Program-made: the position numbers and the translations under genes
Part shown: piece after piece, positions 20,475-29,965 of the stretch
Layout: each line of letters opens with the position of its first letter
How positions within the stretch are numbered: the stretch's first letter is position 1
Notes under the pieces: model-generated
What the model saw: only the letters and a program-made list of their open reading frames with translations
Database searches by the model: none
Told to the model about the DNA's origin: nothing
DNA from: an uncultured delta proteobacterium
GTDB taxonomy: Bacteria; Desulfobacterota; WTBG01; CAIYCZ01
DNA length: 53,096 bases
Direction: 5' to 3'
Assembly (NCBI GenBank): GCA_963803975.1
Contig: CAWDOY010000034.1
Span: forward strand, 1 to 53,096

Positions 20475-22490
20475 ATGCATCAAACAAAAAAGAGAACAGA
20501 AAAAAATAGAAATAAAAAGGAAATACAATTAAAACCCCGTGATCATTCGTATTCACTTAATTTTAACAAATATTTTATAGCTTCGATTTCAACATTTCTT
20601 TTACTTATTTTTATTTTATATTTCAATACATTCAGTGCGTCGTTTCATTTAGATGACAGGACGTCGATAGTAGAGAATGAGGCTATTCAGGACATAAAAA
20701 ACTTAAAAGCGATATGGGATTTTTCTCCTACCCGTTTTGTAACTTATAGTACATTTGCCGTTAATTATAACTTCGGTCAACTAACTGTCACAGGATATCA
20801 TATAGTCAATATTGTCATACACTTTTTTTCTGTAATGCTTGTCTGGTGGTTTACCCTCTTAACCCTGTCGACCCCATTGACAAAAGATACCTCTATTGCC
20901 AGCCACAAACAACTCATAGCTTTTTTTTCTGCCCTCTTATTCGCAGTTCACCCCGTTCAGACGCAGGCGGTAACCTACATTGTTCAGAGACTTGCCTCAC
21001 TATCAACCCTGTTGTATCTGTTATCACTGTGCCTTTATATCAATGGCCGGCTTGCCCAGCATAAGGGTTCAAATCGAAACATAGCGTGGGGATTTTATAC
21101 AGGTTCTGCAGCCATAGCAGCGATAGGGATGTTTACTAAAGAAACTGTCTTTACGTTACCCTTAACCATCGCACTGTATGAGTTTCTCTTCTTTAAACTG
21201 AAAAAAATTTTCAAGTGGAAATATTTCATTGGCATTATACTGTTGTTAATAATCATCCCCGGCACCATTTATTTAACCAAGTCTATTGATTTTACTCAAT
21301 TGCGGGCAGTACAGGAAGGACCAGAGGGAGCAATACTCATTTCTCCTGGACAATATCTGTTTACTCAGTTCAGGGTTCTGACAACCTACCTGCGGCTGCT
21401 CTTTTTCCCGATTAACCAGAACCTTGACTACTTCTATCCAGTGTCTCAAAGCTTCCTTGAACCGTCCACACTATCAAGTTTCTGTTTTCTGTTACTCATC
21501 ATTGCCGGGAGTATTATGCTATACCCCCGATACCGGCTGCTTACATTTTCTATTTTATGGTTCTTTATTACGCTGATTCCTGAATCAAGTATTATTCCAA
21601 TCAGAGACGTTATTTTTGAACACCGCTTATATTTACCAATGGTTGGGTTCAGCGTTTTTATTGTGACGCTTATCTGCTATCTTTTTTGTGATACATTTCC
21701 CCGCGCAGTATTCGTTATCCTCATCGCTATGGTACTATGTTTTTCAACGTTAACCTATGCTCGTAATCGCGTTTGGGATAATGAGTTGACCTTATGGAAT
21801 GACACGGTTAAGAAATCACCTGACAAGGAGAGGCCGTACATTAATCGCGGATTTGCATATGCGCAGACAGGTGAATTCGATCAAGCGACCGCTGACTTTG
21901 ACCACGCATTAACAATTAATCAAAACTCTGCAATGGCATATTATAATCGGGGCCTTGCGCAGTACTATAAAGGTAACCATGATAAATCTATCGCTGATTA
22001 TACGCTCGCAATACGTATTTATCCAAACTATTGGCAGGCGTATTATAATCGGGGCCTTGCTTACTTTACTATGGGTGCTTTTGATTCAGCCATAGCGGAC
22101 TATACCCAGGTGATAACACTGAAGCCAAGAAATTATGATGCGCATTATAACCGCGGTGTCGCGTATGGCAAAAAGGGAGAGTATGATAAAGCGTTAGATG
22201 ATTTCGACCGTGCAGCACCTCTTAAATTAAACAATGTAGAATTGTATTACAATCGAGGATTGATCTATTATCTCAAGGGTGAGTATGATAAGTCTATACG
22301 TCAGTATAGCAAGGCGCTGCAGCTGAATGACACCTATGTCAAGGCATATAATAATCGCGCCATTGTATTCTTTCTGCAAAAAGAGTACGGGAAGGCATGG
22401 GATGACGTCCATAAAATGCAGAATTTAGGCTTTCAGGCTGATCCGGGATTACTGCAAAAGCTCCGCACATCATCTGGCAGAGATAATTAG
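20475..22490 (+). CDS. TMTC-like GT-C membrane glycosyltransferase with ~6 C-terminal TPR repeats
   Basis: FHLDD first loop, HPVQTQAVTYIVQR, KE, EHRLYLP and RNRVW motifs; six A.YNRG-type TPR units. Confidence 0.82.
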   Translation: MHQTKKRTEKNRNKKEIQLKPRDHSYSLNFNKYFIASISTFLLLIFILYFNTFSASFHLDDRTSIVENEAIQDIKNLKAIWDFSPTRFVTYSTFAVNYNFGQLTVTGYHIVNIVIHFFSVMLVWWFTLLTLSTPLTKDTSIASHKQLIAFFSALLFAVHPVQTQAVTYIVQRLASLSTLLYLLSLCLYINGRLAQHKGSNRNIAWGFYTGSAAIAAIGMFTKETVFTLPLTIALYEFLFFKLKKIFKWKYFIGIILLLIIIPGTIYLTKSIDFTQLRAVQEGPEGAILISPGQYLFTQFRVLTTYLRLLFFPINQNLDYFYPVSQSFLEPSTLSSFCFLLLIIAGSIMLYPRYRLLTFSILWFFITLIPESSIIPIRDVIFEHRLYLPMVGFSVFIVTLICYLFCDTFPRAVFVILIAMVLCFSTLTYARNRVWDNELTLWNDTVKKSPDKERPYINRGFAYAQTGEFDQATADFDHALTINQNSAMAYYNRGLAQYYKGNHDKSIADYTLAIRIYPNYWQAYYNRGLAYFTMGAFDSAIADYTQVITLKPRNYDAHYNRGVAYGKKGEYDKALDDFDRAAPLKLNNVELYYNRGLIYYLKGEYDKSIRQYSKALQLNDTYVKAYNNRAIVFFLQKEYGKAWDDVHKMQNLGFQADPGLLQKLRTSSGRDN

Positions 22491-22708
22491 TTTAACCAAT
22501 ACGTACCATAGTATTATGATTACCTTCAATAATGAACTGGACCGCAAGGAATTGCTTGAAGCATTGCAGCTTACTATGCCTGCTGGTTTCAATCAGGTGT
22601 GCTGAGATTAAACTATTGATATAATACACTTCACTTGATACATTTAAAATGATATAAGATGGAGAGGTGAAGATCAATCATAATAATTAATCAGTCGGGA
22701 GGTTCACC

Positions 22709-23329
22709 ATGAAAGGATTGATGATAGTAGTACTATGTTGTATGTCATTTGCTTTTTTAATGGCCAGTATTAACAGCGCTGCTCAGGAGAAGTCTGATTG
22801 GAAGCAGATACCGGGTGTGTATGTGGAATTTGACACAACCATGGGAAAGATTGTCTGCAAGCTGTTTGGCGTTGAAGCACCAAAGACGGTTGATAACTTC
22901 ATCGGGCTTGCAGAAGGTACAAAGGAGTTTATTGATCCAATAACCGGGAAGAATATGAAAAAGCCGTTTTATGATGGACTGATATTCCACCGGGTGATTC
23001 CGAATTTCATGATTCAGGGCGGGGACCCAACCGGGACTGGCAGGGGAGGGCCTGGTTATAAATTTGAAGACGAGTTTCATCACCTGCTGCGTTTTGATAA
23101 ACCCGGAAAGCTTGCCATGGCTAATAGCGGACCGAATACCAATGGCAGCCAGTTTTTCATAACCACGGCTCCGACGCCCTGGCTTGACGGCCGGCATAGT
23201 ATTTTTGGACAGGTTGTTGAAGGGCAGGATGTTTTAGAGAAAATCAGCAATGCAGAAAAAGATGCCAGGGATCGACCACTGAAGGATATTGTTATAAAAA
23301 AGCTGACGATAAAGAAAATCTTAAAATAA
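22709..23329 (+). CDS. Cyclophilin-type peptidyl-prolyl cis-trans isomerase with signal peptide
   Basis: [46 protein letters not shown]. Confidence 0.95.
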   Translation: MKGLMIVVLCCMSFAFLMASINSAAQEKSDWKQIPGVYVEFDTTMGKIVCKLFGVEAPKTVDNFIGLAEGTKEFIDPITGKNMKKPFYDGLIFHRVIPNFMIQGGDPTGTGRGGPGYKFEDEFHHLLRFDKPGKLAMANSGPNTNGSQFFITTAPTPWLDGRHSIFGQVVEGQDVLEKISNAEKDARDRPLKDIVIKKLTIKKILK

Positions 23330-23646
23330 CAAGCAAAAGGCTCTATAGTATATTGTGATGATGTTGTGAACCCGGGCTGTTTTGAAAGGGATACTTCACC
23401 GCAAAATTTATGAATATTATTGCATACATTGCACTTTATTGAACAAAAGTGTTCATTTTGAGGGCATAGAACGACAGTAAATAACAATAATTATACACAT
23501 TTTTAGTTAAAACCTACACAGTTCTTACCACGCCGTATCATAGCATTCATTCCCTTTATTAGTGCTGTAGTGAGGCACTTTCACCTCGATCAAACAATTC
23601 TTAGTTCTTGTTAATCACCCAAATCTGTACCCCATTAACTCGCTCA

Positions 23647-23663
23647 TTGGCATGGGACTTGTT
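23647..23663 (+). promoter_or_regulatory. Putative sigma54 (-24/-12) promoter upstream of fliA
   Basis: TTGGCAT-GGGAC-TTGT gives GG-N10-GT (one deviation from GC), ~70 bp before the ATG. Confidence 0.5.
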
Positions 23664-23735
23664 TAAGCAGTAGAGCGTTTGGGAAAAAACAATACAAAAT
23701 TCTATTATTCAGCAACCTATAGTGAGGAGAAAAGC

Positions 23736-24494
23736 ATGAGAACAGCCACCCATTATCTCCCAGCCAGAACAACCAAAAAGGGTATCCTGAAAAGGCAGGA
23801 GCTTATTATTAAATATGCGCCTTTGATTAAATACATTGCCAATCGAATAGCCATGCGTCTGCCTTCACATATCGAGACTGATGATATGATAAATACCGGG
23901 GTGCTGGGCCTCATGGATGCTCTTGAGAAATTTGACCCCGATAGAGGAGTCAAATTTGAAACCTATGCAGAATTTCGCATTAAAGGAGCCATACTTGACG
24001 AGTTGCGGGCTATGGATTGGGTACCGAGATCGGTGAGAAAAATTGCTACGTGGCTTGAAACCACCGGCTCCGAGTTGGAAAAGAAGCTTGGCAGGAAGGC
24101 GAGTGATGAGGAACTGGCAGATGCCATGGACATTGAAGTGGAACAGCTCCATGATTTTCTAAGCCGTGCCGGTGGCATCTCTTTGCTCAGTCTTGAAATG
24201 GTAAGCAAGTATAACGATTCAAAAAAACCATTACTCGATTTTCTTTCAGCTGGGGATAATGCAAATCCACTTGAGCAGCTAAAAAATGATGAGCTGAAAA
24301 ACGTGGTTGCACGCTGTATTGACCTTCTTCCGGAAAAAGAAAAAATGGTAATTTCGCTGTACTATTATGATGAGCTTACCATGAAAGAAATCGGTAAGGT
24401 GCTGAAACTTACTGAGTCGAGGGTTTCCCAGATTCATACGAAAGCCGTCATGAGACTGAAAGGAAAATTACGCAAGGCTTTTGAGAACAATTAA
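23736..24494 (+). CDS. fliA: FliA/WhiG family sigma28 factor
   Basis: SD GAGGAG; KFETYAEFRIKGAILDELRAMDWVPRSVR, LYYYDELTMKEIG.VL.LTESRVSQIH. Confidence 0.95.
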   Translation: MRTATHYLPARTTKKGILKRQELIIKYAPLIKYIANRIAMRLPSHIETDDMINTGVLGLMDALEKFDPDRGVKFETYAEFRIKGAILDELRAMDWVPRSVRKIATWLETTGSELEKKLGRKASDEELADAMDIEVEQLHDFLSRAGGISLLSLEMVSKYNDSKKPLLDFLSAGDNANPLEQLKNDELKNVVARCIDLLPEKEKMVISLYYYDELTMKEIGKVLKLTESRVSQIHTKAVMRLKGKLRKAFENN

Positions 24495-24508
24495 CAAGGA
24501 GAAGACTG

Positions 24509-25250
24509 GTGCTGCCAGAATTGACGATTCAGCAACGGGATAATTTAGCCATGATCGGCTCTCTCATGCGGGGCATGACACACAATATCAATACACCTCT
24601 TGCAACGATCTTAGGGCGGTCTGAAATGGTTCAGATGCGCATGCAGAAATTGAAAGAAAAGTGCACGGCACAGATATCCGCCAATGACGAGTTTGAAAAA
24701 ATAGCACGGGACCTTACGCTTATTATAGAAAATACGGAGCGGGTTTCCGATATATTAAAAAATGTAACACAGAAAAGTATTAATGAGCAGCTTGACAAAA
24801 TCCAGCCCATTAATCTATGCCTGCTCTTAAAGGAAGAGATGAGCTTTTTAGAAGCAGATATGACATTTAAACATAAAATAGAGAAAGCCTGTTATCTGGA
24901 TGAAACAATTCCTTATATAAACGGAGTCTACTCTCACTTTTCACACAGCGTTATGCATATTATTAATAACAGCATACATGCAATGGAGCGGTGCAACGAA
25001 TAAAAGACTCACCATCACCGGCAGATATGATGGAACCTGTATTGTTATAGAATTTCAAGATAATGGATGCGGTATTGATGAGAAGACACGTGCGGCGCTC
25101 ATCAACTATTTAAATAACCAGCCCTCGCAGAATATAAAAATGACTGGAGGAATGTCGCAAATAAAAATGCTTTTGGCACCATACAAACCAGTTTTTAATA
25201 TCACCAGCATTCCCGGTGATACCATTGTGTCGATACGTTTACCGGTATAA
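24509..25250 (+). CDS. Sensor-less histidine kinase-like protein (HisKA + degenerate HATPase); frameshift near 24985
   Basis: H-box GMTHNINTPL, N-box HIINNSIHAM, G1 box DNGCGI; F and G2 boxes not recognisable; ORFs 24509-25003 and 24978-25250 join. Confidence 0.75.
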
Positions 25251-25374
25251 ATTTATAGCTGCCTAATCTCCAATTCAGTTTATCCCCTGCAGTTACCTCT
25301 CGCACACATACTACGCAATAACAAACTATAATCTCAATTACCTGTGGTAGATTATTATTCAATAATTTAAAAGT

Positions 25375-25401
25375 TAAAGTTTCGTTGTATTTATTCGATA
25401 A
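25375..25401 (+). promoter_or_regulatory. Sigma28 promoter upstream of flgM
   Basis: TAAAGTTT-N11-TTCGATAA versus the consensus TAAAGTTT-N11-GCCGATAA. Confidence 0.75.
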
Positions 25402-25438
25402 CTATGATAGGTTCTGATAAAAAGCGAAAATAGGATAA

Positions 25439-25749
25439 ATGAAAATGAGGAAAAAGAAGAAAGCATCAGTTATAGATTTGAAACCATATCGTTCGACTGT
25501 TGAAATTAAAAAAAAAATTATTAAAAATAAGCTTCACCTTCTCGCAGTGACAGTGAGATACTGAAAGAGATAGAAATGATAAATAAAATAGTTAAAGAAG
25601 CACCGGATATAAGAGAAGAAAAAATAGCAGCCATCAGGGAAGCTATTAAAAATGGCGCATACGTTGTTTACAGCAAAAAGATAGCAGAGCGAATGATCAG
25701 GGAATCATTGTTCGATCAGACACTTCAGCCAAGAAACAGGGATTGTTAG
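25439..25749 (+). CDS. flgM: Anti-sigma28 factor FlgM; not in the ORF track; frameshift near 25530
   Basis: C-terminal frame reads ILKEIEMINKIVKEAPDIREEKIAAIREAIKNGAYVVYSKKIAERMIRE, the FlgM signature (PD.R.EK...I...I..G.Y......IA..M). Confidence 0.85.
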
Positions 25750-25750
25750 A

Positions 25751-26770
25751 TTATCCCTCCTGCGAATCAACGCCGGCAATCTGGACCCGACATTCAGGAC
25801 AGTGCCCGCTTCTAAGCCGGTTTTTTCTCACGCTGAATCCACACCGCTCAATAAGCAATTTCCCGCAGTTATAGCAATACGTATTTTCACCCTGCTCTTC
25901 CGGAACGTTACCGATATATACGTAGCGCAGTCCCATGCGCAGGCCAATTTCACGCGCCTGGATAAGCGTTTTCACAGGAGTGCGCGGCTGGTCCGTCAGC
26001 CGGTATGTCGGGTGATAGGCAGTGATGTGCCAGGGGATATCCGGCCCGAGTTCCCTGATAAAAGAGGCAATCTGTTCCAACTCATGCGGACTATCATTAT
26101 GCGTAGGAATTAGGAGTGTTGTGAGTTCAATCCAGATGTTAAGCTCCCGGTACAGTCTGATAGCATCAAGGACAGGCTGTAGCCTGGCACCACAAATCTT
26201 TTTATAAAAACCCTCAGTAAACGCTTTTAGATCAATATTTGCCGCATCAAGATACGGGCTTATTTTCCGCAGCGGACCATCGGTAATATAACCATTAGTA
26301 ACAAATACGTTTTTCAAGCCCTCCTGCGAGGCGCGTTTTGCTATATCATAGGCATATTCAAAATAGATAGTAGGCTCTGTGTATGTGTAGGAAATACTCT
26401 TGCAGCCGGTTTGCTTAGCCAGCGCGACAATATCTTCGGGCGACAGGTTTTTTCCTATAATCACATCTTTGGTGCGAGGCATCTGAGAGATGTCGTAATT
26501 CTGGCAGTGAAGGCATCTGAAATTACAGCCGGCCGTGGCTATTGAAAAAGATTTTGATCCAGGCAAGAAATGAAAAAGCGGCTTTTTTTCTATGGGATCA
26601 ACATTTTCTGCAATCGATTTGCCGTACACAAGGCTGTACAAAATACCGCTTCTGTTTTCCCGAACACCGCAGATGCCCCGTTTATCATTAGGAATGACAC
26701 AGTGGTGAGCGCACAGATGACACTGCACTTTATTGTTATTCAATTTTTCAAAGAAAAGAGCTTCTTTCAA
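25751..26770 (-). CDS. amrS: AmmeMemoRadiSam system radical SAM enzyme
   Basis: VQCHLCAHHC, DPIEKKPLFHF, CNFRCLHCQN, YTYTEPT, YVYIGNV motifs. Confidence 0.92.
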   Translation of the reverse strand: MKEALFFEKLNNNKVQCHLCAHHCVIPNDKRGICGVRENRSGILYSLVYGKSIAENVDPIEKKPLFHFLPGSKSFSIATAGCNFRCLHCQNYDISQMPRTKDVIIGKNLSPEDIVALAKQTGCKSISYTYTEPTIYFEYAYDIAKRASQEGLKNVFVTNGYITDGPLRKISPYLDAANIDLKAFTEGFYKKICGARLQPVLDAIRLYRELNIWIELTTLLIPTHNDSPHELEQIASFIRELGPDIPWHITAYHPTYRLTDQPRTPVKTLIQAREIGLRMGLRYVYIGNVPEEQGENTYCYNCGKLLIERCGFSVRKNRLRSGHCPECRVQIAGVDSQEG

Positions 26771-26879
26771 GAATGGGCGCCCTCCATGGTCTATCCGCTA
26801 TAATGCCTATCCAGTTCAGTCCCACTTAAAATAGTGTTATAGAAGACCTCACCTTACTCCAGGCAGGATATTTCTTCAA

Positions 26880-28148
26880 TCAGGATTTAATCATTTTAAT
26901 GATCGTCTCTATATGATACGTCTGTGGAAACATGTCAACGGGCTGAACTGCTTCAATGTAATAGCCGTAGCCCATTAACTGTTTAAGATCGCGTGCCAGT
27001 GTCGCAGGGTTACAGGAGACATAGACAATGATCCGGGGACTGATACGGTTAATATATTCCAGTGTTTTGGGTGTACAGCCCCGCCGGGGAGGATTAATGA
27101 GCACGCTATGAAAATGAGTGGTCATAAACTGTTTGATGGTTTTTTCCACATCGCCGCATACATAGCTGCAATGATGCAGCCGGTTTGCCGCAGCATTTTT
27201 ATTTGCTTCGGCAATTGCATTGCTACTTGAGTCTATCCCCACAATATGTGCCCCTTCCCGGGCAAGAAACAGGCTGAAATTGCCACATCCGCAGTAAAGA
27301 TCAAGGATGCGCTGGCTGCCGGAAGGAGAAAGATATTTTAATACGATGGTAATCATAGCAGCGTTTTGTTCTCTGTTGATTTGATAAAATGTTAACGGAC
27401 TTCTGATAAAAGAAATTCCCATAATGTCATCATGACAGCTATGTTCATATGCGGACAAGGCAGAGGCTGCATTGCTGCTATTGTCTGGTGTTTGATCGGG
27501 AGAAAATATTGACCATGATTTTAATGAAGTATCTCGGTAAAACGAAATGAGAACTTCGTTGCCGCTGCTGACGAGCAGCTGTATTTCAGAAATATCGGTT
27601 AACAAAGTACGATTTTCTGAACGCAGGTTATTACAGTAGGAGAGAGCCTTGTTGAGGGGCGGAACTAACAGCGGGCAGTAGGTAACGGGGATAATACGGT
27701 GTGTGCCGCGCTGGTAATAACCGATTACAGGGTTGCCGGAAGTGCTGACCTTCAAATTTGTCCTTGACCGGTATTGTAATCTGGCAGGTGATGGAAACGG
27801 CTCAAGTACCGTGACGCTGCGCATTCCTCCCAGCCGCTCGATGCATTCTCCAACAATGAGCTTTTTCCAGTACAGCTGAAAGCTATAGTCAATGTGTTGC
27901 CATTGGCAGCCGCCGCACGTTCTGAACAGGCTGCAGGGAGGCCTTATGCGGTGAGGAGACGGTTCGCAGATTGAAGATAACGAGGCAGTAGCATACTGCT
28001 TTTTAACAATATCGACATGCGCACGCACTGTTTCCCCGGGAATGACATCATCGACAAAACATGCCATGCTACCGAAGTGCGCTAATCCACCGCCGCCGTA
28101 CAGAAGCTTTTCTATGAAAAATTCTACTTCCTGACCCTTAGAGAGCAT
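26880..28148 (-). CDS. rlmD: 23S rRNA m5U1939 methyltransferase (TRAM domain)
   Basis: C...CGGCQWQH, DLYCGCG, PPRRG, YVSCNPATLARD, DMFPQTYHIE. Confidence 0.9.
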   Translation of the reverse strand: MLSKGQEVEFFIEKLLYGGGGLAHFGSMACFVDDVIPGETVRAHVDIVKKQYATASLSSICEPSPHRIRPPCSLFRTCGGCQWQHIDYSFQLYWKKLIVGECIERLGGMRSVTVLEPFPSPARLQYRSRTNLKVSTSGNPVIGYYQRGTHRIIPVTYCPLLVPPLNKALSYCNNLRSENRTLLTDISEIQLLVSSGNEVLISFYRDTSLKSWSIFSPDQTPDNSSNAASALSAYEHSCHDDIMGISFIRSPLTFYQINREQNAAMITIVLKYLSPSGSQRILDLYCGCGNFSLFLAREGAHIVGIDSSSNAIAEANKNAAANRLHHCSYVCGDVEKTIKQFMTTHFHSVLINPPRRGCTPKTLEYINRISPRIIVYVSCNPATLARDLKQLMGYGYYIEAVQPVDMFPQTYHIETIIKMIKS

Positions 28149-28399
28149 AATATTATTTGTTTCTGTAAGTATCCGGCCGGATATGTTTCAGTTTCGGCAA
28201 CTGCATATTCTGCATACTAAGAAAATTTATAAGTTTATTATACTATACTGCAAAACAGCTGATGGCGGAAGCGTGATTTAATTATTGCATTTTAATCCTT
28301 GAAGCACTGGCGCAGATACGTTATTATGTTACATACCATCAAAATCAAGCGTTGTTTTGTTACAGAGCCAGGCATTAAGGAAAGGAGAGAAATATTTGT

Positions 28400-28666
28400 A
28401 TGAAGGTTAAATTGAAACTATTTGCCACTTTTAGAGAATATTTACCAGAAGGAAATGATGGTCACTCAATCATGATTGAACTTTCAGACAGCACCAAGGT
28501 GGAAAGCGTGCTTGAGCAGCTGCATCTTCCGCAAGACATTCCCAAGATTATTCTTATAAACGGGTTACAGAAAACAGCCAGTGAAACTCTCAATGAGGGC
28601 GATACCCTGAGCGTTTTTCCTCCCATTGCCGGAGGGTGCAGACAGATAAAAAAGGACTTAGCATAG
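28400..28666 (+). CDS. MoaD/ThiS ubiquitin-like sulfur carrier with a 9-aa extension after GG
   Basis: VKLKLFATFRE...ING....L.EGD.LSVFPPIAGG followed by CRQIKKDLA. Confidence 0.88.
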   Translation: MKVKLKLFATFREYLPEGNDGHSIMIELSDSTKVESVLEQLHLPQDIPKIILINGLQKTASETLNEGDTLSVFPPIAGGCRQIKKDLA

Positions 28667-28685
28667 GAAAGAAAAGCTTCAGCGC

Positions 28686-29084
28686 ATGGCGATAAAAAAA
28701 CTACCGTTCATTATTGCATCTGCAGGAAGAGGAAAATATCGGGTAACAGCTGAGGCAAAAACAATTGGTACCGATATCATTGTTTCTATATGGGGAGGCA
28801 CAAAGCCCCATATCGGTTCAGTAGCGGCTGCCATACCGCGCCCCAGCCTTGAAATTCCGGGTAAAATGAGCGCAACCTCATCAGTACTGAATTTTGTCGG
28901 CCACAAGGACGAGACCGTAACAAAGCTTTTTTCCGAGCGTATTGCTGCCCGGATGAACAGGAACTGTATTGCTGCTGCCGGTATCCATATTGAAAACGCA
29001 ACCAATGAAGAGGTTGACATTATCATTAAAAACTGCGGAACGCTGTGCACAAAAATGCTAAAATTGCTGGAGAAACAGACGTGA
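28686..29084 (+). CDS. lpdD: LpdD-like prenylated-flavin chaperone family protein
   Basis: IWGGTKPHIGSV, GHKD, AGIHIENAT..E motifs; coupled to ubiX. Confidence 0.7.
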   Translation: MAIKKLPFIIASAGRGKYRVTAEAKTIGTDIIVSIWGGTKPHIGSVAAAIPRPSLEIPGKMSATSSVLNFVGHKDETVTKLFSERIAARMNRNCIAAAGIHIENATNEEVDIIIKNCGTLCTKMLKLLEKQT

Positions 29085-29656
29085 GTACGCGGCGCATTAT
29101 TGTCGGCATAACAGGAGCGAGCGGCGCCATCTACAGCATGAGCCTGCTTAAGGCTCTCAAAGCATCGGGATGCGTTGAAACACATCTCATAATAAGCACT
29201 GCGGGGAATGATCTGCTATGCATGGAAATTGATAGGGAAGCAGCTGCAAGGGCTCGGACCATGGCTCATGTTTGCTACGAAATCGATAACCTTGCGGCTC
29301 CGGTATCAAGCGGGACATTTAAGACCGATGGCATGATTATAGTCCCCTGCAGCGCGAAAACTCTGGCCGCTATTGCGCACTCGTATGGAGATAATCTAAT
29401 CCATCGTGCTGCTGATGTTGTGTTAAAGGAGAGAAGAACGTTAGTGCTTATGTTCAGGGAAACGCCGCTGCACCTTGGTCATATTGAAAATATGGCTCAG
29501 GTGACAAAGATGGGGGGTATCATCCTGCCGCCTATTCCTGCTTTTTATAATAAGCCGGAAACTATAGAGGACATAGTAAATCATGCAGTCGGGAAGGCTC
29601 TTGATCTGTTCGGGCTGGAACACCATCTTTATAAACCATGGGGAATGCCGGCCTGA
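29081..29656 (+). CDS. ubiX: Flavin prenyltransferase UbiX
   Basis: IIVGITGASGAIY, SSGTF, PCSAKTLAAIAH, RAADVVLKERR, RETPL, PAFY; GTG start overlaps the upstream stop. Confidence 0.95.
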   Translation: MSTRRIIVGITGASGAIYSMSLLKALKASGCVETHLIISTAGNDLLCMEIDREAAARARTMAHVCYEIDNLAAPVSSGTFKTDGMIIVPCSAKTLAAIAHSYGDNLIHRAADVVLKERRTLVLMFRETPLHLGHIENMAQVTKMGGIILPPIPAFYNKPETIEDIVNHAVGKALDLFGLEHHLYKPWGMPA

Positions 29657-29671
29657 TCCAGGAGGCGCACT

Positions 29672-29934
29672 TCATTCTACGAGCTTTGATGCCGGAACTA
29701 TTACAACCCCCGCTTCTCAAACTCGGGCAGCATGGTAGTTATTGCATGTATTGTGGAAGGATGGGGATGCCCGATTCCAATTGCCGTGCCCCGACTCATA
29801 GCAAGCATCAACAGTTGTTCCAATTGATTGACGGTTGTCAGATATGATTCCTCATTGTCCAGAAAAATATCCCGTTTGCCTGCCTTAATTACCATACTAT
29901 TAAAGGTACTGTAATTTGGTCTTTTCTTATGCAT
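29672..29934 (-). pseudogene. Truncated divergent polysaccharide deacetylase (YibQ-like), C-terminal part only
   Basis: RDIFLDN, GTAIGIGHPHPST, LPEFEKRG and, after a frameshift, VVIVPASKLVE; typical position downstream of ctpA; most of the protein is missing. Confidence 0.65.
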
Positions 29935-29965
29935 TCAGCAACAGCGCCAGATTCTCCCTCCGGAG

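Noticed and set aside
21830..22380. 102-bp-spaced direct repeats (TATTATAATCGGGGCCTTGC) resembling an array
   Set aside because: They are the coding periodicity of 34-aa TPR units, not CRISPR repeats
28300..28399. Moco/Wco riboswitch upstream of the MoaD-like gene (ends in GGAAAGGAG)
   Set aside because: Only the SD-like end matches; the CTCCGAG/CTAAG core and stems are absent
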